In this document: positions 1 through 9,981 of the stretch, one piece after another
Numbering within the stretch: the first letter of the stretch is position 1
Layout of the letters: each line of letters starts with the position of its first letter
IMG/VR virus record: IMGVR_UViG_3300030606_000005
Length of the DNA stretch: 64,000 nucleotides
From: an uncultured virus (IMG/VR IMGVR_UViG_3300030606_000005)
Taxonomy: Duplodnaviria; Heunggongvirae; Uroviricota; Caudoviricetes
Reading direction: 5' to 3' (one strand)
Translations under genes and position numbers: made by a program
Notes under the pieces: model-generated
Seen by the model: only the letters and a program-made list of their open reading frames with translations
Told to the model about the DNA's origin: nothing
Databases searched by the model: none

Positions 1-40
1 TTCTCTATTTCTCTCCCTGGCTTTCGGCGCAACGTAACAG

Positions 41-68
41 CGCCCCTCCAGCCGAAGCCGGAGGGGCG
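41..68 (-). terminator. Hairpin/intrinsic terminator on the minus strand
   Basis: Minus strand reads cgcccctccggc-TTCG-gctggaggggcg (cUUCGg loop, one G-U pair) followed by ctgtt; on the plus strand the same stem has an A-C mismatch. Confidence 0.65.
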
Positions 69-155
69 GTGTGATCGTGATCTTCGGTTGTCGAGGCTTG
101 GTGCCCGCTCCGGCTGGTGTTCCGTTCCCGGGGGCTGCTCTCTGCCTCTGAACTA

Positions 156-184
156 AGCATCGCGCTAACCGCGTTGGGTGTCAA
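156..184 (-). promoter_or_regulatory. Sigma70/HrdB-like promoter pointing leftward
   Basis: TTGACA (184-179), 17 nt, GATGCT (161-156) on the minus strand. Confidence 0.5.
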
Positions 185-244
185 CCTCCCAACTCCCCTT
201 ATTCCAACATCTTTTGGGGTGTTCCGGTCGCCGGAGGGGGCGGG

Positions 245-655
245 GTGCAGAAGCGTTGCGAGACCTGCGGCGAGTCCTTCGAGGCGAAGCGGAAGACGGC
301 GAAGTTCTGCTCGGACCGGTGCCGGATGCGGGCGCACCGCCGGCCTGCCGAAACCGAACAGTCGGCGCCCGTAGCGTCACCGGCTCCCGTCGAACGCGAA
401 GAGACCGCCGAGTCGCTCACCGAGGCCGCGCGCGCCGAACTCCTGGCGGCAGGCCGGGAGCGGACGGCGTCCGGTCGGGCGGTGCTGGTGCTGGCTCGGC
501 GGATCGACGCGAACGCCTCCGAGTCCGGGTCGTCGCTGGCGGCGCTGGTACGGGAGTTCCGCGCGGCCCTGGCAGGCGCGTTGCAGGGCGCCGGCGAGGC
601 CACGGACCCGGTGGACGAGCTGAGGACGCGGCGTGAGCGCAAGCGCTCTGGTTGA
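245..655 (+). CDS. Terminase small subunit (N-terminal CxxC...CxxxC zinc motif)
   Basis: Directly upstream of and overlapping TerL; GGAGG RBS; C-terminal DPVDELRTRRERK typical of actinophage TerS. Confidence 0.75.
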   Translation: MQKRCETCGESFEAKRKTAKFCSDRCRMRAHRRPAETEQSAPVASPAPVEREETAESLTEAARAELLAAGRERTASGRAVLVLARRIDANASESGSSLAALVREFRAALAGALQGAGEATDPVDELRTRRERKRSG

Positions 656-2117
656 GCCCACCTACCGCAGCGAGCCGGTGTATGCGCGCACGCTGGGGCC
701 GGAGGTAGCGGATCTGGCGCGGCTGGCCTCCTTCGGGCCCGACCCGGAGCAGGAACTCATCCTCGACGCGGTGTTCGCCCTCGACAAGCGGGGCAAGTCG
801 GCCGCGTTCGAGACCGCCGCGGTGGTGGGCCGTCAGAATCTGAAGACCGGCGTGATGAAGCAGATCGCGCTCGGCTGGCTGTTCCTGACCGATGAGCGGC
901 TTGTGGTGTGGTCGGCGCACAAGTTCGAGACGGCGCAGGAGTCGTTCAGGGATCTTGTAGAGCTGATCGACGGCTCGCCGCATTTGTCGCGGCGGGTGAA
1001 GGCGATCCACCGGGGCAATGGTGACGAGGCGATCGAACTCGTCGGTGACCGGCGGCTGATCTTCAAGACCCGTACGAAGGGCGGCGGCCGGGGCCTGTCC
1101 GGGGACAAGGTCTTCCTCGACGAGGCGTTCGCGCTTCAGCCGATGCACATGGGTGCGCTGCTGCCGACCTTGTCGGCGCGGCCGGATCCGCAGGTCGTGT
1201 ACGGGTCGTCGGCCGGGCTGGCGGAGTCGGTGGTGCTGCGCGGGGTCCGGGACCGCGGCCGGGCCGGTGCGGATGCGCGGCTCGCCTACTTCGAGTGGTG
1301 CGCGCCGCCGCCGCAGGAAGCGTGCCGGGACGGCGCGAAGTGCACCCACGCGCTCGACGCGAAGGGCTGCGGCTGCGACAGGCCGGAACTGTGGCAGCAG
1401 GCCAACCCGCAGCTCGGCCGCAGGATCAGCCTCGACTTCATGGCGGCGGAGCGGCGCGCGCTGCCGCCGGCGGAGTTCGCCCGCGAGCACATGGGCTGGT
1501 GGGACGAGCCCGCCGGCGGGCTCGTCCCGATCACGCCGGAGGCGTGGGCGTCCGGCGCGGATGGGGAGTCGCAGGTTCAGGACCCGGTGGCACTCGCCGT
1601 GGACATCACGCCGGACCGGTCGATGGCCGCGATCAGTGCGGCGGGCAGGCGTGCGGACGGGCTGACGCACGGCGAGCTGGTCGACCACCGTCCCGGTACC
1701 GGGTGGATCGTGGACCGGCTGGTGGAGCTGGCGACGAACTGGCGGCCGTGCGCGGTGGTGCTGGATCCGGGCGGCCCGGCCGGGTCGCTGGAGAAGGAGC
1801 TGAACGAGCGAGGCTTCCAGACCGAGCCGACGGGCGATGAGTGGCGGCTGCACCTCGTCGGCACCCGGGAGTACGCGCAGGCCTGCGGCGCCCTGGTCGA
1901 CGACGTGAACAACGGCCGGTGGCGGCACCTGAACCAGGGACCGCTGAACACCGCGGTGGAGGGGGCGCGGACCCGCCCGCTGGCGGAGGCCTGGGCATGG
2001 TCGCGCAGAAACAGCGAGGACGACATCTCGCCGCTGGTGTCGGTCACCTTGGCGCGGCACGGCTTTGCGACGCACGGCGTGGCCGAGGACCCGGAGCCCT
2101 TCGCGATGTGGGGCTGA
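633..2117 (+). CDS. Terminase large subunit
   Basis: Walker A-like VGRQNLKT, GRGLSGD, Walker B VFLDEA, QANPQLG, nuclease LAVDITPDR. Confidence 0.95.
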   Translation: MSASALVEPTYRSEPVYARTLGPEVADLARLASFGPDPEQELILDAVFALDKRGKSAAFETAAVVGRQNLKTGVMKQIALGWLFLTDERLVVWSAHKFETAQESFRDLVELIDGSPHLSRRVKAIHRGNGDEAIELVGDRRLIFKTRTKGGGRGLSGDKVFLDEAFALQPMHMGALLPTLSARPDPQVVYGSSAGLAESVVLRGVRDRGRAGADARLAYFEWCAPPPQEACRDGAKCTHALDAKGCGCDRPELWQQANPQLGRRISLDFMAAERRALPPAEFAREHMGWWDEPAGGLVPITPEAWASGADGESQVQDPVALAVDITPDRSMAAISAAGRRADGLTHGELVDHRPGTGWIVDRLVELATNWRPCAVVLDPGGPAGSLEKELNERGFQTEPTGDEWRLHLVGTREYAQACGALVDDVNNGRWRHLNQGPLNTAVEGARTRPLAEAWAWSRRNSEDDISPLVSVTLARHGFATHGVAEDPEPFAMWG

Positions 2118-2372
2118 ATGAGGAGAGAAGGCGGCGTGGCGGTGTGGACGGACCGGGTGCCGGTCGACGAGATCAGTGAGCGGGCCCGAAAGGTGTCGTT
2201 CGCGCGGACGGCGCTGACCGTGTTGGCGGGGCTGCTGTTCGGGCTCGGCTGGGTGGTGGCGCGCGCGTTCCGGGTGGCATGGACCGCGGTGGTGTGGTGC
2301 GCGGTGGCGGTACAGGTGGGCTGGCGCGAGGGCATCGCGCGGTCGGCTACGAGTGAGGAGCCGACGCCGTGA
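2118..2372 (+). CDS. Small membrane protein
   Basis: Hydrophobic segments; coupled in the terminase-portal operon; start uncertain. Confidence 0.6.
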   Translation: MRREGGVAVWTDRVPVDEISERARKVSFARTALTVLAGLLFGLGWVVARAFRVAWTAVVWCAVAVQVGWREGIARSATSEEPTP

Positions 2373-2617
2373 GCGAGCAGGCTGACGTCCCGGAGGCGCT
2401 CGCCGTGAAGCGACTCACGGCCTATGCGCCCGTGACGGCCGAGCAGTTGGTGGACGCGGGATTGCCGCTGCCTGAGGGCATGGCACTGTCCCCGGAGCTT
2501 CCGCGCCCTTCGTGGTACCGGCGCCGTCGCCGGGCGTGGCTGCGCGCCGTCCAGACACTGCGAGAGCGCCTCGGGCTCTGGATCGCCGGTTACGACCCTG
2601 ACGAGGGGGACCGGTGA
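2369..2617 (+). CDS. Hypothetical protein
   Basis: GTGA overlaps on both sides, RBS. Confidence 0.6.
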   Translation: MSEQADVPEALAVKRLTAYAPVTAEQLVDAGLPLPEGMALSPELPRPSWYRRRRRAWLRAVQTLRERLGLWIAGYDPDEGDR

Positions 2618-2841
2618 GCGAACAGGTGAACGTCCGGATCGTCGAGGCGCAGCTGAGTGTCGTCCGGCCGGGAGACAAGGTGCTGGTCCGCATGCAGCGT
2701 GACCTCACTCCTGGGCAGGTGCGAGACGTCGCCGAGCAGCTTCGGGAGCGGATGCCCGACGTCGATGTCTGTGTGATCTGCGGGGTGGACGGGATCGACG
2801 TGTACCGGGCTGGTTCGCCTGTTGAGGGCGAGCCTGGCTGA
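2614..2841 (+). CDS. Hypothetical protein
   Basis: Coupled to both neighbours. Confidence 0.6.
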   Translation: MSEQVNVRIVEAQLSVVRPGDKVLVRMQRDLTPGQVRDVAEQLRERMPDVDVCVICGVDGIDVYRAGSPVEGEPG

Positions 2842-4274
2842 TGGCGTCGCTTCTGGAGCGGATCGCCGCTGCCCAGGGTGGGACCGCTCGGGGCCGGAAG
2901 GAGTTCAGCGAGCCGCCGCTGTGGGCGCTGGACGCCTACCGGGACGCCTACGGCGCGGGTCTGCTGCCCGACCGGGAGCAGATCGGCAACAACTTCGAGG
3001 CGTACGTCCAGGGCGCGTTCAAGACCAACGGGCCCGTGTTCTCCTGCATCCTCGCGCGCGCGATGGTGTTCTCCGAAGCCAGGATGCTGTTCCAGCGGCT
3101 TCGGCAAGGACGGCCCGGCGACCTGTTCGGCACGGGCGACCTGTCGCTGCTGGAGACGCCCTGGCCCGGCGGCACCACGGGCGAGTTGCTGGCGCGCATG
3201 GAGTTCGACGCCAGCCTCGCAGGGAACTTCTACGCCACCACCGCCGACAACGCGGGCAGGCTCGGCAAGGCCGCGAAGGGCCCGGGTCGGCGCGTCGTGC
3301 GGATGCGGCCGGACTGGGTGACCCTCATCATCAGCTCCGCTTCCGAGGACCCGTGGGCGCTGGACGCCCGGGTGGTCGGCCTGCTGTACGAGCGGCGCAC
3401 CGGTTACTTCACGCCGACGGGCGCGCCGTCACCGGGCGCAGTGGTGCTGCTGCCGGACGAGGTGGCGCACTTCAGTCCGATCCCCGACCCGATCGCCCGG
3501 TTCCGCGGCATGTCGTGGCTGACCCCGGTTGTCCGGGAGATCCAGGCGGACAACTCCGCCACCACACACAAGGACGCCCTCTTCCGCAACGGGGCTCGCC
3601 CGTCGATGGTGGTGCGCTTCGACCGGGGTGTCGCGCGGGACAAGTTCGACGAGTTCGTCACCCGCTTCAAGGCCAGCCATCAGGGCGGCGAGAACGCTGG
3701 CAAGACGCTGTTCCTGGGTGGCGGCGCGGATGTCACACCCCTGACGTTCAACTTGCGGGACCTGGAGTTCTCCCAGGTGCAGGGCAAGGGTGAGTCTCGT
3801 ATCGCGTCGGCGGCCGGAGTGCCGCCCTCTTGGGTCGGTTTCTCAGAGGGGCTTCAAGGTTCAGCCCTGAACGCTGGAAATTTTGCGGCCGCACGCCGAA
3901 GGTTCGCGGACGGGACCGTAAGGCCGTTGTGGCGGCAGGCTGCTGCCGCTCTGCAAACCCTGGTGCCCGCCCCCGCCGCGTCCCGCCTCTGGTACGACGC
4001 CCGCGATGTCGCCTTCCTGCGGGAGGACCGCAAGGACGCCGCCGAGATCCAGGGCCGGCAGGCGCAGACGATCCGGACTCTCACCGACGCCGGTTACACC
4101 CCCGAGTCCGTGAAGGCCGCCGTCCAGGCCGAGGACTGGACGCTTCTGGAACACACGGGCTTGTTCAGTGTCCAGTTGCAGCCGCCCGGTACCGGCCAGG
4201 CCCCGACCGAGCCCCCCGCCCTCCCGAGCGGGCGCAGCACCACCGACGACGACCCGGAAAGCGAGGACGTGTGA
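2841..4274 (+). CDS. Portal protein (HK97 family)
   Basis: Position; motifs LAGNFY, GMSWLTPV, FRNGARP, IASAAGVPP. Confidence 0.92.
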   Translation: MASLLERIAAAQGGTARGRKEFSEPPLWALDAYRDAYGAGLLPDREQIGNNFEAYVQGAFKTNGPVFSCILARAMVFSEARMLFQRLRQGRPGDLFGTGDLSLLETPWPGGTTGELLARMEFDASLAGNFYATTADNAGRLGKAAKGPGRRVVRMRPDWVTLIISSASEDPWALDARVVGLLYERRTGYFTPTGAPSPGAVVLLPDEVAHFSPIPDPIARFRGMSWLTPVVREIQADNSATTHKDALFRNGARPSMVVRFDRGVARDKFDEFVTRFKASHQGGENAGKTLFLGGGADVTPLTFNLRDLEFSQVQGKGESRIASAAGVPPSWVGFSEGLQGSALNAGNFAAARRRFADGTVRPLWRQAAAALQTLVPAPAASRLWYDARDVAFLREDRKDAAEIQGRQAQTIRTLTDAGYTPESVKAAVQAEDWTLLEHTGLFSVQLQPPGTGQAPTEPPALPSGRSTTDDDPESEDV

Positions 4275-5416
4275 TGGACACCAAGACCCTGTGCCGGGTC
4301 GAGATCAAGGACGAGGCCAAGGGGGAGGTCACCGCGGTGTTCGCGACGCTCGGTGTGCGCGACCACGACGGCGATTTCACCCGGGAGGGCGCGTTCACCG
4401 ACGGTGCCCCCGTACGCATCAGCGCCTACGGCCACAAGTCGTGGCAAGGCCAGCTGCCCGTCGGTAAGGGCGTCATCCGCGTGAAGGGCAAGCGGGCCAT
4501 CCTCGAAGGCCAGTTCTTCATGAACACCACCCACGGCCGCGACACCTTCGAGACCGTCAAAGCCCTGTCGGAGGACGGGCTTCAGGAGTGGTCCTACGGC
4601 TTCGACATCGACGAGTACGCGTTCGGTGAGGTCGACGGGCAGCGGGTGCGATACCTCGACAAGCTGACCGTGCACGAGGTGTCCCCGGTGCTGCTCGGCG
4701 CCGGCATCGGCACCCGCACCCTGTCGGCGAAGGGCCGCGACCGCGAACCGGTGCCCGCCCGGCCGGCCGCGGCGGTGCCTCCCGTGAAGGGGGCCATCCC
4801 CGTGCATGAGACCGAGACCGTCTCCCGCTCGTGGGATGCCGCTGCGATGAAGGCCGCCCTGCCCGACGACGCCCGCCCGTCCCAGCTGCGCACCGTGTTC
4901 GCATGGGTGGACCCGGACGGCGACCCCGAGGTGAAGTCCAGCTACAGGTTCGCGCACCACCACGGCGTGGACGGCCCGGCCAACCTTCGGGCCTGCCAGG
5001 CCGAGATCGCCAAGCTGAACGGGGCGCGCGGTGGCGCGGACCTTCCCGAGGCGGACCGCAAGGCCGTCTATGACCACCTGGCCGGGCACCTGCTGGAGTC
5101 CGACCGGGAACCCCCGAAGCTGCGGGACCGCGGCCCCGGGCCCATCAAGAGCCAGACCCTCAACGAGGAACTGGCCGAAGCCCTCGCGTATGTGTCGGGG
5201 GCTATCGAAAGCGCGTCCAGGGTGGTCGCCCTGCGTGCGGAGAAGGGCAAGACGCTGTCCCGAGGCAACACCGAACTCCTGGGCTGGATCGGTGACGACC
5301 TCAAGCGTCTGGACGCCCTGCTCACCACTCCACCTGCGGGAACGGTCAGTGACGAGGAACTCGCCTCCGTCTTCCTGGCCGGACTCGCTCGTCTGCACGA
5401 AGGAGCGAACCGATGA
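4274..5416 (+). CDS. HK97-type prohead protease with C-terminal extension/scaffold
   Basis: ATG at 4274 overlaps portal stop; DHDGD..GAF, H, WSYGF, HEVSPVLLGA motifs. Confidence 0.88.
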   Translation: MDTKTLCRVEIKDEAKGEVTAVFATLGVRDHDGDFTREGAFTDGAPVRISAYGHKSWQGQLPVGKGVIRVKGKRAILEGQFFMNTTHGRDTFETVKALSEDGLQEWSYGFDIDEYAFGEVDGQRVRYLDKLTVHEVSPVLLGAGIGTRTLSAKGRDREPVPARPAAAVPPVKGAIPVHETETVSRSWDAAAMKAALPDDARPSQLRTVFAWVDPDGDPEVKSSYRFAHHHGVDGPANLRACQAEIAKLNGARGGADLPEADRKAVYDHLAGHLLESDREPPKLRDRGPGPIKSQTLNEELAEALAYVSGAIESASRVVALRAEKGKTLSRGNTELLGWIGDDLKRLDALLTTPPAGTVSDEELASVFLAGLARLHEGANR

Positions 5417-6693
5417 CGGCGACACTGGACGCCGAGAGGGTCATCGAGTTCCCCGCGCTCGTCGAGGCGAAGAACGCGCTCGACGCGAAGCGGGACGAAC
5501 TCGCGAAGATTTTCACCGAGGCCGGCCCCGACTACGACATGACCCTGGTGAAGTCCATCTCGGGCGACACCCACGCCAAGGTCGACCACATCCGCACCCT
5601 GAACACGGAGATCGACGAGCGGAAGAGCAAGGTCGACGAACTCCTGGTCGTCGCCCGCGCCGCGGCTGTCGCCAAGCAGGGCGACGGCGGTGAGAAGGGC
5701 TCGGAGCCGGACGACCGCAAGAACACGGGACGGTCTCCGCAGGACAAGGGCGCGGGCTCACTGAAGGCCTTCGGCCGTCTGTTCGTCGAGTCGCCCGCGT
5801 TCAAGCAGTTCGCGCGGGGGGCCGGCGGCGGCCCGCAGGCGAGCATCGACATCGAGCTGAAGACGCTGTTCTCCACGGGCTCGTGGGAGCCGGAGACCAC
5901 CCGTACGGGCCGGATCGAGATGTTCCCCACCCGGCCGGCGCCGCGCGTCGCGGACCTGGTCCCGCAGACCACCACCATGCAGGCCGCGGTGGTCTACATG
6001 GAGGAGACGACGTACGGCAACACGGCGGCGGAGACCGCCGAGGGCGACCAGTTCCCCGAGGCGATCCTGGGCCTGGAGGAGAAGTCTCAGCAGGTGCGGA
6101 AGATTCCCGTGTTCCTGCCGGTGACGGAAGAGACGTTCGAGGACGAGCCGCGCGCCGAGTCGTACGTGCAGAACCGTCTGCCGTTCATGATTCGGCAGCG
6201 GCTGGACCTTCAGATCCTGCGCGGCAACGGCACCGCGCCGAACCTGCTCGGCACGGAGAACGTGTCGGGCATCCTGTCGCAGGCCAAGGGTGCCGACCCG
6301 GTACCGGACGCCCTGTACAAGGGGATGCGCCGCATCCGCGACACCGGGTTCGCGGAACCGTCCGTCGTGTTCATCACCCCGGAGAACTGGGAGCCGGTGC
6401 GGCTGCTGCGCACCGCGGACGGCATCTACATCTGGGGCCACCCGAGCATGCCGGGGCCGGCCACCATCTGGGGTGTGCCCGTCGTGGAGACCACGGCCGC
6501 GCCGTCCACGAAGGCGCTGCTGGGCGACTACACCAACTTCTCGGAGCTGGCCGTCCGCCGCGGCATCGACGTGCAGGTGTCCAACAGCCACGGCGACTTC
6601 TTCGTCCGCGGCAAGCTCGCTGTCCGCGCGGACATCCGCTGCGCCGTCATCCACTACCGTCCGACCGCGTTCTGCGAGGTCACCGGCCTGTGA
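5413..6693 (+). CDS. Major capsid protein (HK97 fold with N-terminal delta domain)
   Basis: Coiled N-terminus, ILRGNGTAPNLLG, IWGVPVVET, position after protease. Confidence 0.93.
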   Translation: MTATLDAERVIEFPALVEAKNALDAKRDELAKIFTEAGPDYDMTLVKSISGDTHAKVDHIRTLNTEIDERKSKVDELLVVARAAAVAKQGDGGEKGSEPDDRKNTGRSPQDKGAGSLKAFGRLFVESPAFKQFARGAGGGPQASIDIELKTLFSTGSWEPETTRTGRIEMFPTRPAPRVADLVPQTTTMQAAVVYMEETTYGNTAAETAEGDQFPEAILGLEEKSQQVRKIPVFLPVTEETFEDEPRAESYVQNRLPFMIRQRLDLQILRGNGTAPNLLGTENVSGILSQAKGADPVPDALYKGMRRIRDTGFAEPSVVFITPENWEPVRLLRTADGIYIWGHPSMPGPATIWGVPVVETTAAPSTKALLGDYTNFSELAVRRGIDVQVSNSHGDFFVRGKLAVRADIRCAVIHYRPTAFCEVTGL

Positions 6694-6700
6694 CCGCCGT

Positions 6701-6727
6701 GAGGGGAGGGCACACCGCCCTCCCCTC
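6701..6727 (+). terminator. Stem-loop after the capsid gene (terminator/attenuator)
   Basis: Perfect 11-bp inverted repeat gaggggagggc-acacc-gccctcccctc. Confidence 0.6.
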
Positions 6728-6748
6728 CTGCATCGAAGGAGCAAAGCA

Positions 6749-7159
6749 ATGCCCTACACGGGTGGATACCCGCGCGCCACGGAACTGAAGGCGGTGCGCG
6801 GCCGGTACGACTTCGCGGTGGACGGCGGCGCCGTTGGTGACATCGACCTCACCAGCCTCGCGCAGATCCCCGCCAACGCGGTCGTCCTCGGCGGGTTCGT
6901 CGAGGTGGACACGGCCGTGGTCGGTTCCGGAGCGAGCCTGGCGGTCAAGGTGGAGGGCGCGGCCGACATCGTGGGCGTCGCGGCAGTGTCCGGCGCGCCC
7001 TGGTCGACGACCGGCCGTAAGTCGGTCATCCCCGTGTTCACCGGGGCGACGACCGTCAAGACCACGGCCGCGCGGAAGATTCAGGCGACGGTGTCGGCGG
7101 CGGTGCTCACCGCCGGCGCCTTCGACGTCGTGCTGTTCTACGTCGAGCTGCCCGACTGA
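6749..7159 (+). CDS. Virion protein, possible capsid decoration
   Basis: ATG 6749 with GAAGGAG RBS; beta-rich; follows MCP. Confidence 0.65.
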   Translation: MPYTGGYPRATELKAVRGRYDFAVDGGAVGDIDLTSLAQIPANAVVLGGFVEVDTAVVGSGASLAVKVEGAADIVGVAAVSGAPWSTTGRKSVIPVFTGATTVKTTAARKIQATVSAAVLTAGAFDVVLFYVELPD

Positions 7160-7416
7160 TGGTCTCAGCGCAAAGGGTCACGGTCAGCTCAGCGGCCGTG
7201 GCCCTGAACACGGCGAGCACCGCAGGCCAGCAGCTCACGATCCGCAACACCGACGCCACCAATGCCGCGGATCTTGGTGGGTCGGATGTGGTGGCCGACG
7301 AAGGGTTCCCCCTGGCGGCCGCCGCCCAGGTGACGGTCGACCTCGCGCCGGGTGACGTGCTGTATGCGATCCGCTCGACTGCCAACGATGTGGTGCTCGG
7401 GGTCCTGCGCACCTGA
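7159..7416 (+). CDS. Small virion protein
   Basis: Coupled ORF in the head region. Confidence 0.6.
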   Translation: MVSAQRVTVSSAAVALNTASTAGQQLTIRNTDATNAADLGGSDVVADEGFPLAAAAQVTVDLAPGDVLYAIRSTANDVVLGVLRT

Positions 7417-7427
7417 GAGGAGAGGTA

Positions 7428-7697
7428 ATGCCGATCATCGAGGGGGCCATCCCCCGCGACGCCGTCACTCAGGCGATCGTTGCCGGTGCGGCGGCCGGGA
7501 ACATCACGGTCACCGGCATCAAGACGCGGGACCGGCTGGTGTCGGTGCTGCGTGCGGTCGGCGGCGGCACGGACGTCACCGACGTCACCGACCTGAGCAG
7601 CGAGTTCGCCATCACGGCGGCGGACACCATCAACAACACGGGCGGTACGGCGACGACCGGCAGCAAGCTGATCGTCACGTACCTGTCGGTGGGGTGA
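7428..7697 (+). CDS. Small virion protein (decoration-like)
   Basis: RBS GAGGAGAGG; Thr/Gly-rich beta sequence. Confidence 0.6.
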   Translation: MPIIEGAIPRDAVTQAIVAGAAAGNITVTGIKTRDRLVSVLRAVGGGTDVTDVTDLSSEFAITAADTINNTGGTATTGSKLIVTYLSVG

Positions 7698-7701
7698 GGA
7701 C

Positions 7702-8016
7702 ATGGCAGACACCGGCGGCCCCGTGGTGGCCGATCAGCGGCTGTATCTGACCCGCGACAGGACGCGCGTGGTGCCGGACGGGGACCCCGAGGCACGGTCG
7801 CTGTTCTGCACCCCGGGGTCGACGATTCCGCGCGAGCAGGCCGCCCGCTACGGCCTGCTCGCCGCCCCGGAGCCCGCACCCGACGCGGAGGAAGCGGCGG
7901 AGGCGGACAGGGAACCGGAAGCACCGAAGCAGCGCACGGCACAGGCCAGGCCCCGGACGGCCCGCACCAAGCCCCGCACCGCTGCCGGCGGCAAGAGCGA
8001 CGACGGCGAGAAGTGA
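7702..8016 (+). CDS. Hypothetical head-region protein
   Basis: RBS; low-complexity charged C-terminus. Confidence 0.6.
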   Translation: MADTGGPVVADQRLYLTRDRTRVVPDGDPEARSLFCTPGSTIPREQAARYGLLAAPEPAPDAEEAAEADREPEAPKQRTAQARPRTARTKPRTAAGGKSDDGEK

Positions 8017-8027
8017 GCGGCTGATCC

Positions 8028-8678
8028 GTGCCCGGCTTCGCGACGCTCACCGACACTTTCGACGACGGGGTGGTCGACCCCGTGAAGTGGGTGGGCTCGT
8101 ACGGCGACATCGAAGAGGCCGGGGGCCGCGCCCGCGTGCCGTGCACCACGGCGTTCTCTGCCTACCAGTCCGCAGTGGTCTACACGCTCGCGGAGTCCCA
8201 AGTCGCCTGCCGTGTCTACGCGCCGGCCGCCGGGGGCGCAGCTGTGGAGGCCCTTGCCGAGCTGCTCGTCGTCACCTCCGTGGGCGGCACGGATGGCGGG
8301 TTCAGTATCAACGCGGTCACGGGGCAGATGCGGCTGATCTCCCGGGTGGGTTACGCCGACGCCGGCGAGGTCGTGTTGGCCTACGACCCGGGCGCGCATG
8401 CGTGGCTGCGGCTGCGCGAGGCCGCGGGGAGCCTGCTGTGGGACACGTCTACGGACGGCGCCACGTGGACGACGCGGCGTACCGCGGCCTCCCCGGCCTG
8501 GACGGCCGACGCCAACCTCAGCGTGATCCTCGCCGGGCACCGCGACAGCGGCATCGACGACTTCAGCGAGTTCGACAACTTCAATGTGATGCGCCGCGCG
8601 CGCCTGACCCCGGCCGCCCCGGCGGCCCCCGCCCTGGCGCCGCTTGCGCGCGCCGTGCCCACCATGAGCGGGGTGTGA
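8028..8678 (+). CDS. Virion protein, beta-sandwich/lectin-like domain
   Basis: HAWLRLRE...WDTSTDGATWT motif; resembles 20400..21278. Confidence 0.6.
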   Translation: MPGFATLTDTFDDGVVDPVKWVGSYGDIEEAGGRARVPCTTAFSAYQSAVVYTLAESQVACRVYAPAAGGAAVEALAELLVVTSVGGTDGGFSINAVTGQMRLISRVGYADAGEVVLAYDPGAHAWLRLREAAGSLLWDTSTDGATWTTRRTAASPAWTADANLSVILAGHRDSGIDDFSEFDNFNVMRRARLTPAAPAAPALAPLARAVPTMSGV

Positions 8679-8681
8679 TCG

Positions 8682-9506
8682 ATGTACGACCTCGGTGATG
8701 TGATGCCGCTCGGCGTCACCGTCAAGGACGGCGGCGGCACCCTCGTCAACGCGGGCTCCATGGCGCTCACGATCACCCTCCCCGACGGGACGACGGTCAC
8801 CGTTGACCCGGTTACGCCCGTCTCGACCGGCACGTACACCTATGACTACGCGGCGACGCAGGTGGGCCGGCATGTGGTGCGCTGGGTCGCCACCGGGGCC
8901 TACGCGAACGCCTACACGGATGTGGCCGATGTTCGGGGCGCCGATCCGCGCTTCCTGTTCTCCCACGCGGACGCGAAGAAGCACCTGAACATCGACGCCG
9001 GCGACACCGGCGACGACGAAGAGATCCGCGACTGGAACGCGGCCACCGCCTTCATCGTGGAGTACTTCGTCGGCCCCGTCGCCCGACGCACCGTGGTCGA
9101 ACGGCACCGCGACCGCCGCATGACCTCGATCGTGCTGCGGCAGGTTCCTGCCCTCTCGCTCACGTCCGTGGAGCCCGTGCTGACGAACGGTGTCTCCTAC
9201 GACGTCTCCGGCCTGGACCTCGACGAGGAAACAGGCGAGGTGCTCCGCCTCGATGGCGGCCACTTCACCGGCCCACTGCGTGTCGCCTACGTCGCCGGCC
9301 GTGCCGTCCCGACGCCGAACATTGCGCAGGGCGGGCGCATCATCCTCCAGCACCTGTGGCTCACCCAACGCGGCCGGATGGGCGCCGTCATGGGCGGCAG
9401 CAGCGACTACGACATCTCCGAGCCCATCCCCGGTCTCGGCTATGCGGTACCGAACCGGGCGCTGGAGCTACTGCAACCCGACCGTCGAGCTCCGGAGGTG
9501 GCGTAG
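8682..9506 (+). CDS. Head-tail adaptor with N-terminal Ig-like domain
   Basis: DAKKHLNI...DDEEI, YVAGR, IILQHLW motifs; position. Confidence 0.75.
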   Translation: MYDLGDVMPLGVTVKDGGGTLVNAGSMALTITLPDGTTVTVDPVTPVSTGTYTYDYAATQVGRHVVRWVATGAYANAYTDVADVRGADPRFLFSHADAKKHLNIDAGDTGDDEEIRDWNAATAFIVEYFVGPVARRTVVERHRDRRMTSIVLRQVPALSLTSVEPVLTNGVSYDVSGLDLDEETGEVLRLDGGHFTGPLRVAYVAGRAVPTPNIAQGGRIILQHLWLTQRGRMGAVMGGSSDYDISEPIPGLGYAVPNRALELLQPDRRAPEVA

Positions 9507-9971
9507 ATGGCATCCAGCCGTGTCCCCGACCTCATCGACAACTTCCTCGCCGTGCTCAAGGCAGCCCCGGGACTGAGCGACGTGCAGGTCGTCGACGGGC
9601 CCCTGGTCAGCGGAACGGCCGTCCGCGAGCAACTGTTCGTCGGCTACGACGCAGACCCGGAAGGCGAAGCGCAAGCGGCGTCGACCACCCAGACGTGGGC
9701 GGGGCTCGGGGCGAAGGCGAAGAACGAGGACATCGAGCTGACGTGCGCGGTGCTCGTGCGGAAGGGCTCCACCGACGTCAGGACACTGCGCGTGCGCGTC
9801 TACGAGATCTTCGCCGAGGTGGAAGCCGTCGTCCGTGCGGATCCCTCCCTGGGGCTCCCTCCACCCTCGGTGTGCGCCGTCACCGACACCAGCTTCCGCA
9901 CCCCGCAGACCCCTGACGGCATCGAGGGCCGCCTGCTGTTCACTCTCGCCGCCACACCCACCCGGATCTAG
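9507..9971 (+). CDS. Tail terminator/completion protein
   Basis: Position before the major tail gene; size and character. Confidence 0.6.
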   Translation: MASSRVPDLIDNFLAVLKAAPGLSDVQVVDGPLVSGTAVREQLFVGYDADPEGEAQAASTTQTWAGLGAKAKNEDIELTCAVLVRKGSTDVRTLRVRVYEIFAEVEAVVRADPSLGLPPPSVCAVTDTSFRTPQTPDGIEGRLLFTLAATPTRI

Positions 9972-9981
9972 GAGGCCCGTG

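Noticed and set aside
1..30. Exact cos site at the window start
   Set aside because: The pyrimidine-rich TCTCTCCC context upstream of terS is suggestive, but the end cannot be defined without upstream sequence or read termini
417..2075. Long minus-strand ORFs opposite structural and early genes (also 4094..5425, 12213..14000, 15527..17509, 52455..53687, 57315..58589 and others)
   Set aside because: Antisense shadows expected at high GC; they have no motifs, and the plus strand carries clearly recognisable genes
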